NCBI RefSeq assembly: GCF_009834535.1
Contig: NC_045696.1
Span: 65,536,001-65,600,000 of the forward strand
DNA: 64,000 nt
Source of the DNA: Camelus ferus
Taxonomy: Eukaryota
Direction: 5' to 3'
The position numbers and the translations under genes were made by a program. Positions 48,261 to 61,297 of the stretch are shown in pieces. The notes beneath the pieces are model-generated. The model worked only from the letters and a program-made list of their open reading frames with translations. It searched no databases and had not been told where the DNA came from. Each line of letters starts with the position of its first letter. Position 1 is the first letter of the stretch.

Positions 48261-49813
48261 AATTTGAAATAATCAGGACAGCCAGTGTTCTCATGCTGAA
48301 AACTCAGCCCAGAAAGACCATAGTGAAGAAGAGAAAGAGAATCAAATAACTATTCCACAAGGAAGCTACTACTGAAATAAAATCCTGTAGACACCTGCTT
48401 CACTTTGAGCAATGCTTAGGCCATAAAAGTTTAAAAACCACAGAGGTTGCCGAAAGACTCCACACAGAGAAGACCATTCTGAAAGAATGCTGAGAAGGGT
48501 TTATGCATTGATGCAGAACTCAGGCCTCATCCATATTGCATCACTCTTTTGAAGAGTGGATGTACAAGATTTCTGACCATAAATAATTTACCTAAATACC
48601 CATGGATCTTCTAAGTATTAGGGCTGTCTTTTTAAATAGGCCAAAACCTGTGAAAATTTGCCATAGAGAGACAGCTATGCCTAGAGCAAAAGATGTTCTT
48701 TAGTGGGAGCCAGGGGGAGTAATGGAACGACAGACATTCTAGGACAAATCTCACCCCTGGAGTCGGGGGATTTTCTCATTCTCTTCCCACTGGGTCTGCA
48801 GGGCCTCAGAACCTCACCGGGGTCTTCCCAATTGCTTCCAGAACAGATCTAATCTAGCCAGTGTCGAGCTTTAGAAATCTAACTTTCTGAAACCTTATGC
48901 ACACAATGCCAGCTGGTCTCCCTGATCACACAAAGTTGAGCTGACTATGTCCTGGGAACCCCCAGGAATCTTTTTCCTGATGCTGTCATGAGGCAAACCC
49001 CACTCCCCCACCCAAGGAGAACGTGGCCCTAAAGGCCACTGGGAGTATTAGAATCCAAGATGAAGATCTCAAAGACTCCTTCACATCTTCTAGAGCAAGC
49101 CAGAGTTGTCACTTGACCTCTCGGCTTAGATCAAAAGCCAGCAGTCATTAGTCAGCATTCCTATCGAAGTTCTAGATGAAGCCTGTTGAAATTCCATCAG
49201 TGCTGACCATGCAGGTCTCATAGTCACACAAGGAGCCACAGATCAACCGTGGTGAGGTTGATGCCCTCAGGAACTGGGCTGAAATCTACCATTAGAGATT
49301 GCATTATGACTGCATCCAGAGAACCTCAATTCTGAGACCCCTGGAAACTCCCAGTCGGCCTGGACAGTTAATATCTCTGGACTAGAGGAGCCTCCTAGAT
49401 GAACTTGACCAGATTCTTGGGGAGTATTGACTTTATGTGAAGAGACACTATATGACTGAATATCTCAGGTGCAGGAGCCAAATTTTAGCGGTTTTTACTA
49501 CCAAAAACAAAACAAAACAGCAACAACATCAACAAAAACCAGGCTAATCCAAATGTTTAGGGGCCCAGCTGCCAAGGAAGTCCAATAATTAATAAAAACC
49601 CTCCTTCTCCCTGAAGTGGGACACCCATAGAAGAAACACCTCTGCAAGGCACAGAAACTCCCTGATAGTAGCGACCTCTAAGAACCAGGGACTCTGGTGA
49701 GCCATTCTGGAGTCCATTTCACAGGTGGTTACTCTGGGGTCAAGTTTAGCATTAGCTGACACTGTTACTTCCTTAACAAAGGTCCCGGAAGCCAACTACT
49801 TTTAATAAAACTC
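48261..49813 (+). pseudogene. Candidate large (about 1.55 kb) decayed exon
   Basis: ccttgctgtattag| acceptor, CTC|gtaagt donor, repeat-free and exon-like; fragments such as NQDSQCSHAENSAQKDHSEEEKENQ and RSLLDELDQILGEY; many disablements. Confidence 0.4.
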
Positions 49814-49938
49814 GTAAGTAATACATGTTTGCTATAGTAATTTAAAAGAAAATACAGTTATTTATAGAATAAAATTGTTTCTTCCTTTCTTCCACTTCTT
49901 CTGCAACGACTTGGCATGTATTTGTTCATACTCTTTCC

Positions 49939-49974
<36 letters not shown>

Positions 49975-49982
49975 CACACACA
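49939..49982. repeat. Compound microsatellite (TG)n(TA)n(CA)n
   Basis: Directly visible. Confidence 0.9.
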
Positions 49983-50499
49983 TAGATATGTAAAATATAT
50001 ACAGGCACATCTATATTTGACTGTTGGTTAAATCCTTATTGTGACACTAACAAATAGAATTATGCATGTAGCACATTCAAGATAAATGTCAAACAGCCTA
50101 AGGTCTAGGTACTGGGCCAAGCACCTGCACTTTATCATTCAGGTGCTTTTTCAAGAAAGAAGTAAATGATACCTGTGAGCTGCTGCTATACCAGACAGTG
50201 GTACAATGAACAAGGTATTCAGACCTGGGCTGATGGCTTCCAGGAGCTCAGCTTTGTCCCTGTGACCACATGTCCCGAGTGTGTAGTGATTCAAGGATAT
50301 TACAAGCTGTGTCTAGTAGTCAGAAGACCCCACTCTGCTTGTGTCATGCGTGATCTGTTGTTGCCTTTCATGAATCCTGTCATTAAGTGAAGTAAACTTG
50401 GTGCTGAGTAAAGCATATTCTTTTTCTCATGAGTTTATCAACTCAGACCTAAGATGAACACCCCTGGTCAGGCAGAGCAGGCCTTTCAGTCTTAATTTG

Positions 50500-51180
50500 C
50501 ATCTCTCTGATTACTGTTAGGTTCCCATCTGCATTTCTTCTCCAGACCATCTGCTTATATTTTTTAAAATCTTTTTTGCAGGTTGTTTGTGTTTTTCTAA
50601 TTAATTTGTTGGGATTTTTTTATCCTAGGTATAGTAACCCTTTATCAATAAGTGTTAATTTGTTCTCCCAAATTATTGTTTGTTTTGTGACTTTGTTTTG
50701 TGTGCCTTTGGCTGTGCAGAAGTTTTTATTTGTATGTGGTTAATTTTGTCCTTTTGTTGTTATTTGGGGCTTCTGGATTCCTAAGATTTATACAAAGAGT
50801 ACCCTTTATTTTCTTCTCACAGTTGTATTTTAAATTTGTTACATAATTTATTTGATCTTTTTTTGCATTTAGACTGCAGTGTACCACCTACCACTGTAAA
50901 CTGCATACCAATCTTCATTACATTCAAAGGAAGGTCAGCTGTCCCATTGCTATTTATTAAATGATCTGTCCTTTTATTCTTTTCTCCTGAATGGAAATGC
51001 AGACTATTCAGATACTAAGAAAATATATATTTACCTTTATATTTAATTCTGTTTTCATCGTCTGTGCTGATCTACTGGTATACTTTCCTGATATCTATTC
51101 CTGTTGTTTTTGGTTGTTAAATCACAGTAGCATTAGAGTAAGCTTTAAATCTGGTATGCAGGTCTTCCTCCATTATTATT
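50500..51180 (-). mobile_element. Old L1 ORF2 fragment
   Basis: ttaatttgcatctctctgattact...gctgtgcagaagtttttattt. Confidence 0.6.
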
Positions 51181-51195
51181 TGTCAAACTCTTCTT

Positions 51196-51338
51196 GAGTT
51201 TGTATTGGATGTAAGATAAGCTGCAGGGTATGTCTTGTACAGCACGGGGAACATAGCCAGTATTTTGGAATAACTGTAAATAGAGTGTAACCTTAAAAAT
51301 TATATAAAACATTTTTTAAAATTAAAAAATAACACTAA
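51196..51338 (+). mobile_element. Short L1 3' end with TSD
   Basis: gtacagcacggggaacatagccagtatttt...; TSD AAACTCTTCTT at 51185-51195 and 51339-51349. Confidence 0.75.
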
Positions 51339-51729
51339 AAACTCTTCTTCAGTTTCTGTTGGATAATGATGAAGTGCTTACACTGGCTTTGCACAAATGT
51401 AATTTTGGGCAGGTCACGTTCCGTACCTGGAACTCATTTAGAAAATTAGCCGAGCAGTTCTCAGTGTGTCCCCCTGGCGGCTCAGGTACTTACCTTCGAG
51501 TTTCCAGTTCTCTCCTTAGTGCTCCTGGAGGTGTCTAACTTCAACCTCAGTTGTGTGCTTTCAGCAGAACGTCAGTTCCCTTTCGTCCAGTCTCCCAGGT
51601 AGCTGTGTGTGTCTCTGTGTTGTAGGGGGAAGTTTCTGCTCATCTAGTCGGCCATGCAGGTAAACATAATAGAAGCCCTGCCATCTCTAAGTCTCAAGGA
51701 ATTTGTCTCTGAAATGAGGGTGTTGAACC

Positions 51730-51885
51730 AGGTCTTTGCTCCTTTGTGTGGTCCCTGGGGCAGCAGCATGGGCATCCCTCGGGAGATTATTAGAAAGGCA
51801 GACCCTAAGCCCCCACCTCAGACCTGCACTTTTAACCAGACCCTCAGGTCTGGTTTGCGTATTTGAGTTTGAGGAGCACGGAACT
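51730..51885. mobile_element. MER5A DNA transposon
   Basis: gtgtggtccctggggcagcagcatgggcatccctcgggagattattagaaaggcaga...gagtttgaggagcac. Confidence 0.75.
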
Positions 51886-53105
51886 AAATGTTCCAGCGTT
51901 ACAGAAGTCAGTAATTCAGTTATAATTCTGGTTTACCTGATTATTTCCTACATGTCAGACTAAATTAAATCTGGGAACATGCTCCAAATTTTAAGAACTT
52001 CTCAAAAGAGTTAGTAAGAGGGAGAGTGAAAAGCAGTTATGAGGTTTTCTTGTAATTTTCCCTGTTCATGACAAATAACAGCCCTCTTGTCTGTCTCTCT
52101 CTCTTCCATTCTTTCTGTAAATTTCCACTCCCCTGCTCGAACAGTCTGTAGCTGACTCTTGTGCTCCTGACCCCACAGCTCTGCTCCAACCTGCGCAGGG
52201 TTGAGAATGGGCTCCCTGGTTAAGAAAGAAAAAAGAGAGAAAAAGAAAAAGAGAAAAAGAGCTCATTCATTTCTGGCATTCCCATATTTTTGTATTTTAC
52301 TATTAGTTAGAAAAGGAAAGATAATTTACACAATACATATATATAGCCAATAAGCATAGGGAAAAAAAGGTTACACTCTCTAGTAATCGAGGAAATATAA
52401 TTTAGACTGCATAGTACTTTTTACTCTCAAATTTACAAGGATTAAAAATAATGTCCAGGGTTATGCACGATAAAGGTGTTTCTCAAAGTGGGAGTACACA
52501 ACATTGCCCACTCTGAAGGAAGAAATGGGTGTCAAATTCTTTTAAAAATGCATAGTAATTATATTTCCAGGAGTTAGTCCTAAGAAATTATTTAAAAAGG
52601 TACACAGAGATTTAGCTACAGAGCTAGTCACCAAAATGTTGTCCCCTTTAGGAAAGAGAGAGGAAAAAAAAAAACTTGAAATGATGTAAAGTATCAAATA
52701 CATGTGAGCTAGTTTCAATTGCTTATGATACTATACAATGGAACATTTACATGGAAGGATAGTCACAGTATACTAACTGTAAAGGATGTGTTACAAAATA
52801 ATATGATCCCATGTTAGTGAAATAGATGTGTGTTTGCATGTGTATTTGGCTTGAGGAGAAATGTGGATGGCCTCATCTTTTGCTCTGGAATTGCAAGATG
52901 TTTTCCCCTCCTGCTTTCTTTCGTGCATGTTCTAATTTATCTGCAGTATTTATGGCTTTTAACTAGAAAAAATAAGAAAAGAAATATTGTTAACTTTTAA
53001 AAAGTAGAGTCTTTCTCCCAAGGCTGACGATGGATGAGAAGGAGGTAAAACCTAAGGAAAAATTCACCTTGCCTTTTTCAAGTCCCTGTCTTTCATTGTT
53101 TTCAG

Positions 53106-53228
53106 ATGAAAGTTCCAGATTGCCAGCAATGTCTGTCCCTCGGTGGCCAAACTCAATTATCTGGGGATTGACTATTCATGAAATAAAAATGTAACTCCTG
53201 TTATCCCTTCAGTAGAGACAGTGTCCAG
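53106..53228 (+). pseudogene. Candidate exon (123 nt) *KFQIASNVCPSVAKLNYLGIDYS*NKNVTPVIPSVETVS
   Basis: Strong ctttcattgttttcag| acceptor and CAG|gtaact donor; length a multiple of 3; two TGA. Confidence 0.5.
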
Positions 53229-53954
53229 GTAACTTGTTTATTCAGGTTTTCTCTGTGCATGACTTGGCACTTTTTAACACCTTCGCCAAATGGGTTGAAG
53301 ACAACTGTATGTATATTTACCCAAAAGCCTCAGTTTGTCCATTTTTATTGGCTTCAGTTAAAATTCAAGTGTTAAAATAGTTGAGAACTGTTAGTTAAAG
53401 TTTGAGAAAGAACAAGAGGTTTTTTTCAATTTTTTTTCATTTCAACAAGTAGGAAAAAACAAATACAAAGGAAACCACTGAATTGCTGATTTCAACAAGG
53501 TTAAAATAGGGACCAACCTTTTGCAAATTAAGATGCAAAATAAAGCTACTTGTAATTTTAATTTCTAAACAATATGGAATAAAATCTAATGAAGAATTTG
53601 CAAGTATAATAATTCTGTTGTTTTCTCATTTGAACAAATAATACAGTCATTTGAATAAATTAAGAAAAAAATAGACAAGCAAAAGGAAAAATATATTAAA
53701 ATTACCCATAAATCCCACTGCTAAGTAATGACTCTTCTTAACATTTAAAAGCTTTTTATATATTGTTTCAGTCTATTTTCTGTTCTAAAATATACATGCA
53801 CACATAGCTTATGTAACTTGAATCATAGTTTGTCTGTTGTTTTATAAGCCTTAATTTCATTCAAATATAGATCACAAAGATATTTTATGGATTAAGATTT
53901 TATCATGTAAATGTAACGGCAGCAGGATGAGCTACATGACCAGCTGTCCAATTT

Positions 53955-54104
53955 TTTTTTTTTCATTTTTTTATTGAAATTTTAGACTCACAGAATAGTT
54001 GCAGTAATAGTACTGTACAAAGTAATCCTGAAATTCTTTCACCCAAATTCCCTAAATATTATTTTACTGCATGTGTTTGTCTCTGTGTTTCTCACTCTAT
54101 GTAT

Positions 54105-54139
<35 letters not shown>

Positions 54140-54410
54140 ACATTTTTTTTCCTGAACCATTTAAGAATAAGCTGCAGACAGGATGATGCCCTTTCACCTC
54201 CAAACACTAGAGTGTAACTTTCTATAACAAAGGACATTATCTTACATAAACACAGTACAATTGTTAAAAGCAGGAAATTGACATTGACATGATACTTCTG
54301 ATATATAGACTTGATTCAAATTTCTCCAATTGTCACATTTATGTCTTTCACAGTGTAGAAATTTTCTTTTTCTTATCTGGGACCCAATCAAGGATCACAC
54401 ATTGCATTAG
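53955..54410 (-). mobile_element. L1MC4/5-type 3' UTR fragment containing (TG)n at about 54107-54136
   Basis: cctgaaccatttaagaataagctgcagaca...aacaaaggacattatcttacataaacacagtacaatt. Confidence 0.7.
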
Positions 54411-54475
54411 TGAATTGGGTAGGAGCCAAATCATGGTGGACAGTAAAATATAGGTCTATTAAGAAGTTGTTACTT

Positions 54476-54641
54476 CAAATTTCTTCTATATAGCACAGGG
54501 CACTATATTCAATATCTTATAGTAACCTTTAATGAAAAATAATATAAAAATGAATATATATATATGTATATGTGTGACTGAAACATTATGCTGTACAGCA
54601 GAAATTGACACATTGTAACTGACTATACCTCAATAAACAGA
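54476..54641 (+). mobile_element. Short L1 3' end with TSD
   Basis: tatatagcacagggcactatattcaatatcttatagtaacc...; TSD core AAGTTGTTACTT on both sides. Confidence 0.8.
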
Positions 54642-57294
54642 AAAAAGTTGTTACTTAATTTTATAAAAGTAGAAGACATTGGAGGTTTTAAGCAGGAGGA
54701 AAGAGTCCCAGACTGCTTTGTTGTTTTTTCAAAAAGGCATTTCTCTTGATATTACAGAAAATGGATTTGCAGAAGAATGCATTCTAATAAACTCCTGGAA
54801 TGGTGAGAGGAGAGAGGACAAGGTGGAGACTGGATGGGTGGAGAGGAGGGAAAATAAGAGTTGGACCAAAATCCAGTGTGCAAAGGTAACCCCGGCTCCT
54901 ATACTCCACAATAAGAATAAGACAGTTAAAGTTTGTGATGCCAGACCTTCTCTTATCACTGGGATGAAAATTCACATCCACACAAGAAAGAGGGCAAGAA
55001 TAGGTCCATGCATTTAACTTATGCAGGCAAAGGAATGCTCTAAGGTTGAGTCCATATGGGTTGCTTATTTCTTAGTGGAAAGGCTAGCTCAGTATCACAC
55101 CTTCCCATTTGATTTCTAAAACCCTTTTTATACCATCACAGTCCCCTGTATAGCAAATTAAGGCAGGGCCCAAAAGGCTTTACTTTATCCAATAATCAGC
55201 ATAGTTTAGAGATCAGCTCTAGATTTGTACTTGATTTCAAGTAATCATCTCTTGAGTTATCTATAATGCTAAAAACTTTTGCCATGTAACAAGCTAAATT
55301 AAGGAATAATCAACAGACTTATGAGTTGAAATGAAAACATATGCACAATGTATTGTTTTCCAATCCTGTAAAGCCTGAAAGTCTATCCTGAAAATATACC
55401 CATCAATTAAATGTCAAAGTCCAGCCTGAGACTTAGTGCATCACAGATTTCAATTTGCATTTGACTCTTCTGGGAATTGAGTTAAAATGCAGATAGATTC
55501 TATGGGTTTGGGATGAGGTCTAAGAACCTGCATTTGAACATTCTGCTGGGGGTATCTATGAGGCTGGTTCCCAGATCACATTTTGAATAAGAAAAATATA
55601 GAAATCATCAATTGCTTATTGCTGGGTAATAGATTTTTACTTAAAAATGGAGGTGGGACAACAGGTTGAAAAGAGCACAAGCGTGGGGTCAGGATAAGAA
55701 ATCCAAGACGTGGGTGCCATCAGCAAGCCGGGTAACATGGGGCAGATCCTGGAATTGTTTGGGGCCTCAGTTTCCACAGTGTAGAAATCTGCAGCAGAAG
55801 AGTGAATTGTTTTCTAGGACATAACGCATGTTTTCAATAAAAATTGAACACAATCTAAGGCTTCAGAATGAATTAGCTACAGTGGGTTTAATGGCAGTAA
55901 ACATATTTATCTCAAAATGGTGAATGTTTTCCTGCTGAGAATGCAATTCCAAATAGTTACCATGTGATTATAAAGAAAATGAAAAACTGTGTTACCTCGA
56001 TGAGAAAGTCACCCTTTCTCTTTATGAGGCCACAGTCTGAAACAGTAAACAAAGATGTGGCCAAAAAACTGTGAACTGGGAGATTAAAATATCCCTTCTC
56101 ATATGGAAATGGACACACTGCTTTTCTGCCTTGAGCATGGCTTTTAGTGAAATCTACCCTTTGAATCTGGAAAAAAGCAGATTTTCATTTCATTTCAACA
56201 TCTGGCTCTGAACTGATGGGAGGCAAAGAAAAAGCAAGTGTTCAGATGAGTCTTCACAGAGCACTCCGAGAAATAAAACTGGAACGCTGAAAATCCAGAA
56301 TTGTAGACACTGTACAAAATATGTCTTAATAAACTGCACCTGGCAAAACAGAAAGGATGGAGTCTTTAAATGCAGGGAGGGACAGACAGAGAGATCACTT
56401 AACTTGACCGAGCCTTATTCGTTCACTTTCTCACCATCTTCGGGATCAGCTGTATTTTTGAGGCAGGCGGGTATCCTGGGGTCACCTTTTGCCAGCTGCC
56501 TGAATCCTGCGGTTTTTGCTCACTTTCTCTGGCAGATGTGATGTGATTCTTTTTGCCAGCTCACTCCTCTGCATCTGCTAACTTGGTGCCCATCTCACTA
56601 GCCGGGCTGCCTCTGGCTGAAAGCACTGCCTCCTGCCACAGGCCCCTGTCATCTCCTGACAGCCCAGACTCCCAGCAGCTCTCCCTCTGGTCCTGGTGTC
56701 AGATTCAAAGTCCTGACCTGCTTCCACCAGCAGAAGCTGCCTCTTCGTTGCTAGAGATCAGAAGGTACTGAATGTTTCTATTAAAACAGAGTGGAAGAGG
56801 GGAGAGAGCAAAGTAGGAAAGATCTGGCAGTTACCAAGATAACCCATTTCTTGCTGGGCTGTGGCTTTCTTTATGCCTCGTGGTCCTGCAAGATTAATGG
56901 GCAGGTCATTTCCCATCAACACCATGAACACAACGCCCGGTTTCAGCACCTATCTCCTTTGCCCTACTCTCACAGACTTTTATCTTTCCTATAATTTGTT
57001 CTCTTCTTTAGCAAAAGGGTTTGTCCCTGGAACTGCCTACACATTTCTATGAGAGAACCTTCCAAAGCACACATACAGATATCACGAAAGGAGAAGCCCC
57101 ATTTCTTTTCATTCACCCATTTGTCCTTTGTTCTTTCCTATTACATTCCACTGACGTGACTAAAAATTTGAATTTTAGAGCCACAAGGGGACTTCACTAC
57201 ATAGAGTCTGACAGATGAGTGAATGGAGGCCCGGAATGTTGAACTGACTTGCACGGGGCTCCACAGACACCGTATTTCCCACCTCACTTTCTAG

Positions 57295-57493
57295 ATGATG
57301 CACTTTCATTGCACAGTGATGTTCCCAGGCTCGCTGAATTTCAAGAACCTGATCTAAGACCTCGAGAGGCCACCACATGTGGGGTTGAAAACCAAGCATG
57401 CTGTGCCACATTGGTCCTGCCCCTTACTGGCTCCCTCCTCCGCACAGTGGGAAGATGGTCAGTGCTGGCAGAGCTCTCTGGCCCTAATGTACG
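57295..57493 (+). pseudogene. Candidate exon (D)DALSLHSDVPRLAEFQEPDLRPREATTCGVENQACCATLVLPLTGSLLRTVGRWSVLAELSGPNV
   Basis: cccacctcactttctag| acceptor, ACG|gtgagt donor, frame open throughout. Confidence 0.5.
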
Positions 57494-57548
57494 GTGAGTC
57501 CTACTTTACAGACTCTTTCTTACATGGAAATTAGAAGTCAGAGGAGGT

Positions 57549-58087
57549 TGATGGGTTCAGGACAAACCCCGAAATATGGCACCTGGGCATATTGAATATC
57601 TTAAGCTAAAGGAGGTGGGGAAAATGCCAGAATTAGAATGTTCACCCTGACCTCCCGCCTTGCCCTTCTTCCCTGAAACAGGTCATCAGACTCTCATGTG
57701 AAGGTGCCCTCCTTGTTTCAGGAGGAAAGGAGATGTTCTTATCCCTAGAGATGGGGAGTTTGGAGCTGGGAAATCTGTACAAACAAACCTTGTTAAACTC
57801 ACCCTTATCGTCCTGGTTACTTTCTCCACCATTTAGCGCCTCGAGCCCAAACACCTTCATCCTGTCAATTGTTCACAGATTTATCGTTTCTTTGTCCAAA
57901 AGGTGTAAAAGCCTCCTGCTCTGGTCATTTCTTCAGCTCTTCTTTCTCTTGTGTCAGCTCCCATGGACATGTGGAAATTCAGTCAAATGTGTATGCTTTT
58001 CTCCTCTTAAATCTACCTTTGTCAGTTTAATTTTCAGACCCTGCCAGGGACCCTAAGAGGGTCGAGGAAAAATTTTCCTTCCCTACA
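57549..58087 (+). mobile_element. MER34/MER39-family ERV1 solo LTR
   Basis: tgatgggttcaggacaaaccccgaaatatggcacctgggcatattgaatatcttaagctaaagg...ttccttccctaca; TSD AGGT / AAGT. Confidence 0.8.
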
Positions 58088-59369
58088 AAGTAAAGCCTTT
58101 ATTTCTCACTCAATTTATTTACTGTATCTCAATAAGTTAGAGATCAGTGCTCTCTCATTTGGTAGATCGACAGATTGCCAAATTCTATTTTTCCAATTAA
58201 GCAAAAAAATTCACTTACTAGCACATCTATCTTATAAACTAAAGGACACCTAAATTTAAAATAGCAGAAAGGGTACAGTATGAAGAGTAAAAACAATCCT
58301 TCTCAAAAAGAAACAAGACTTTTGCTTCTGAAGAGAAAAATGCTGTCCTGGGCCAGTGTCAGCACAAACCCTGGGGCTCACATACCCCATCTCCAGCTCA
58401 TCTTCTCCTAGGAAGGAAGCAGCATGCTGCCAGAGGCTGTCTGTAGCCCCTTTCCCTCCTGCCTTCCCACCGCAAGGCTCAGGGGCTCTGACTGTGAAGA
58501 CAATTTCCAGGCTTCTAAATAAAGCAGCTGCCAATCACCCAAGCCTCCACCAGTGTTCTTCAAATCTGCACATAAATCCAACTTGCCAGAATCAGGAGCC
58601 CCCAAAATCTTCAAAGGTAGATGATAGGCAAATCTACAAAATGAATCGTAACCTGGAAAAAGAGCAAGCCCTGCCCTTTGTTGCAGAATCCACCTGCACC
58701 TCTGGGGAAGCCCATAAGAATGGTGCAAGAAAGACAGACAGGCAGCCTAATAAAAGATCAGCGTGGGCTTTAGCTGCATGAACTGTATCCATCCTTGGGA
58801 TGGTGACAGCCCTACTCGGTTTTGTGGACTTCAGACTGTGCCTGGAAGTGAGGTGCCAACGGTGACAGAGACAAAGACAAGCAAAGAGGTGATCGTAAGT
58901 GCCAAGGCCCTGGGCTGTGTCATTAAAAGGACCCTAACGACCCAGGGTCGACTTGTGTCAGAGAAGCAGAACGTCAGGGAGACACAGTAACTATCTTCAG
59001 ATATCTGAAGAGCTGTCATGAGATGAGAAAATAAAACTGCCAGAGGGCATAGAAAAGTCAAATGATTGGAAATAAAGAAAACCAGATTTATGCTGCATAA
59101 AGAAAAAACTCAACTCTTATAGCTGTCAAGAGGAAAGGAAGGTAGGGCGGGGTGACGAGAGGACACTAGGTTCCAGCAAGCAGCGGGGCACCTGAGAATC
59201 CTGCAGTTTGATCTTGGCTTCTTTCTCTGTCTTCCTTTCCCCACAGTTGAACCTGTTACTGAGGATGAACTCAGAGCATCCTTCTGGTTTGGATATGTTC
59301 TGGCTTCTGTCAATAAACATGTCTGGGGTGGGTTTTCCCCCTTAGTTTTGATTAAGACAACTATCATTT

Positions 59370-59560
59370 ATTGAATATTTTCTATGAAAAGACTACTGTA
59401 AATTTTGGAAGTAGATTATACTATTATCCCCATTATATAGATAGGGAAACTAAGCTTCAGAGTTGATAGAATATAATTTGTCCAAACCACACAGCTAGCA
59501 AGAGGGTCAAAAACTTATTTCTAACCCAGATCTGTCTGATGTTCTTAGATCCCAGGGTGC
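59370..59560 (-). mobile_element. MIR SINE
   Basis: ctattatccccattatatagatagggaaactaagcttcagag...aatttgtccaaaccacacagctagcaag. Confidence 0.8.
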
Positions 59561-61096
59561 ATGGCCTGAAAACAGTTCAAATGTATTATCTTGAAAGTAT
59601 TCTCATTTAACTCTAGCAGCCTTTGCCTCATTACCATATTCTATGCCTTGAAATGAGACAAATTCTGGTTACTCAAAGATTACCTTGGAGATTAACATCA
59701 TGAAACTTTTGCCCTTCCCAGATCTGTTTTCTTTGTTACTAACGCAAACCTCCGTGACAACACCTTCTCCCATGTTCTGGGACTCCGTGCCCACGTACAT
59801 GACACTTTGGACCACCAAGGGTTCAGTGCCCTTAACCCCAAATTACAGTCATCTTTCTTGGCACTGCACTGCAACTCCTTGGGCTTAAGTCCTTTTCCGT
59901 ATCTAAAATATCCTCCTCCTGACCAGAACATTTCATTCTTTTCTCTTACTCCCTTATTGCCTGACCCTTGCACCCTGATCACCGTGCTCTCTTGGAGAAC
60001 TGTTCCTTCTTACTCAGACACATTACTCCCCTGCCCCTGAGCCTCGTCCCAAGATCTCATGGGGCCTCACCTCAGCCTCTTTCTTCCTGGCCCTTGGACT
60101 CTGCTACACATGCCCATCTAAACCCCAGCGATGGATCACTTCCAACCATTCAGATCTTCTGCTTCTAAGTATGGGTTGCTGATGCAGCTGCTATGAACCA
60201 AGCTTTCATGAAGATGGATGCCCCTGTGAATGCAGACAATCCAGTCGCAGCTGCCCTCAGTCTCCAGTGCTCAGCAGTCCCGGTCAGTCCCCTTCCTTTC
60301 CCTTGACCATTTTCCCAGACTGTCACCATTCTCCACTGGCTTCTAAATCACACTTCTTTTGGCTGTAGAATAGAACCTTGCTTCTTATTTCCCACTCCCC
60401 TGACTCCCAACCTTACCCCCTCATTCTCACCACAGGAAATTCTCTTCTGCTACACAGAAAGGGAAAAAAAGGAAGGATGGAAAGAAATGAAAAACAGAAC
60501 TTCATCCACTTCTACTGCCAAATCTATGCCACCTACACAGTTTTCTCCTGTCCTCATATTATACATGATCTATCTATAATGTGATCTATAAGGCAAATTC
60601 ATATCATGTCTTTGTCTGTTATACACATATAATGTGTATGACTATGTGTCTCTGCTCCTCTGTCAGAAATTTTATTCTATCAATAGTGAAAATTTTCTAT
60701 TAATAGTGCAAGTTCTTCAAACTCTTTTCACCCTGGTTGATCAATCTTACCAGTTTTTAAACACACTCATATCTCTCTGAAGCCGTCATTTCCCCTAATG
60801 TGACTACAATTACATGGAGTTAAATCCTATGTATAGAAGAGAGCCTGGAACAGAATGTAGTAAATCATGTTTGTGGTTATGTTTTGGAGGGACTATGGGT
60901 GACACATTAACTGATTTAAATTCTACTTAACACAATTCAAAAAAATTTCTATAATCAATATATAATTTTATAAAGTATTGCTTTTGTAAAAGTTTGATTT
61001 TTTGTAACGGAGCTAGTGTATTGGTTTTTATAGCCAGCCAATCCAGTAGAGTGCCAAGTCTTGAGTTCAAGGTTTAAGCTTTTTTGCCAGTTCCGA

Positions 61097-61110
61097 GCGC
61101 CCTCTGCTGG
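61097..61110 (-). promoter_or_regulatory. CTCF core motif
   Basis: Reverse complement CCAGCAGAGGGCGC matches the CTCF consensus closely. Confidence 0.6.
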
Positions 61111-61297
61111 TAAGTTGTGGGTACAACAATCAAAAACGGAATTGACAGTTTGGTGAAGGTTAAAGAACACCACTTCGTACTATCAGTCACTTTGCAATTT
61201 ATAAAATGCTTTCACATCCATTATTGTTTAAGAGCTAGTTAACATGTTAAAATAGGATTCTCCCTGTCTCCGTTTGAGCTGATGTATGTAACATATC

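Larger units (their letters stand above)
19491..57493 (+). pseudogene. Large decayed multi-exon protein-coding gene of unrecognised family (candidate unitary pseudogene); ends uncertain
   Basis: More than 20 AG-exon-GT units in non-repeat DNA; two long phase-consistent chains (19491-25139 and 28546-43817) give protein-like translations with scattered stops, one frameshift and some broken donors. Confidence 0.7.
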
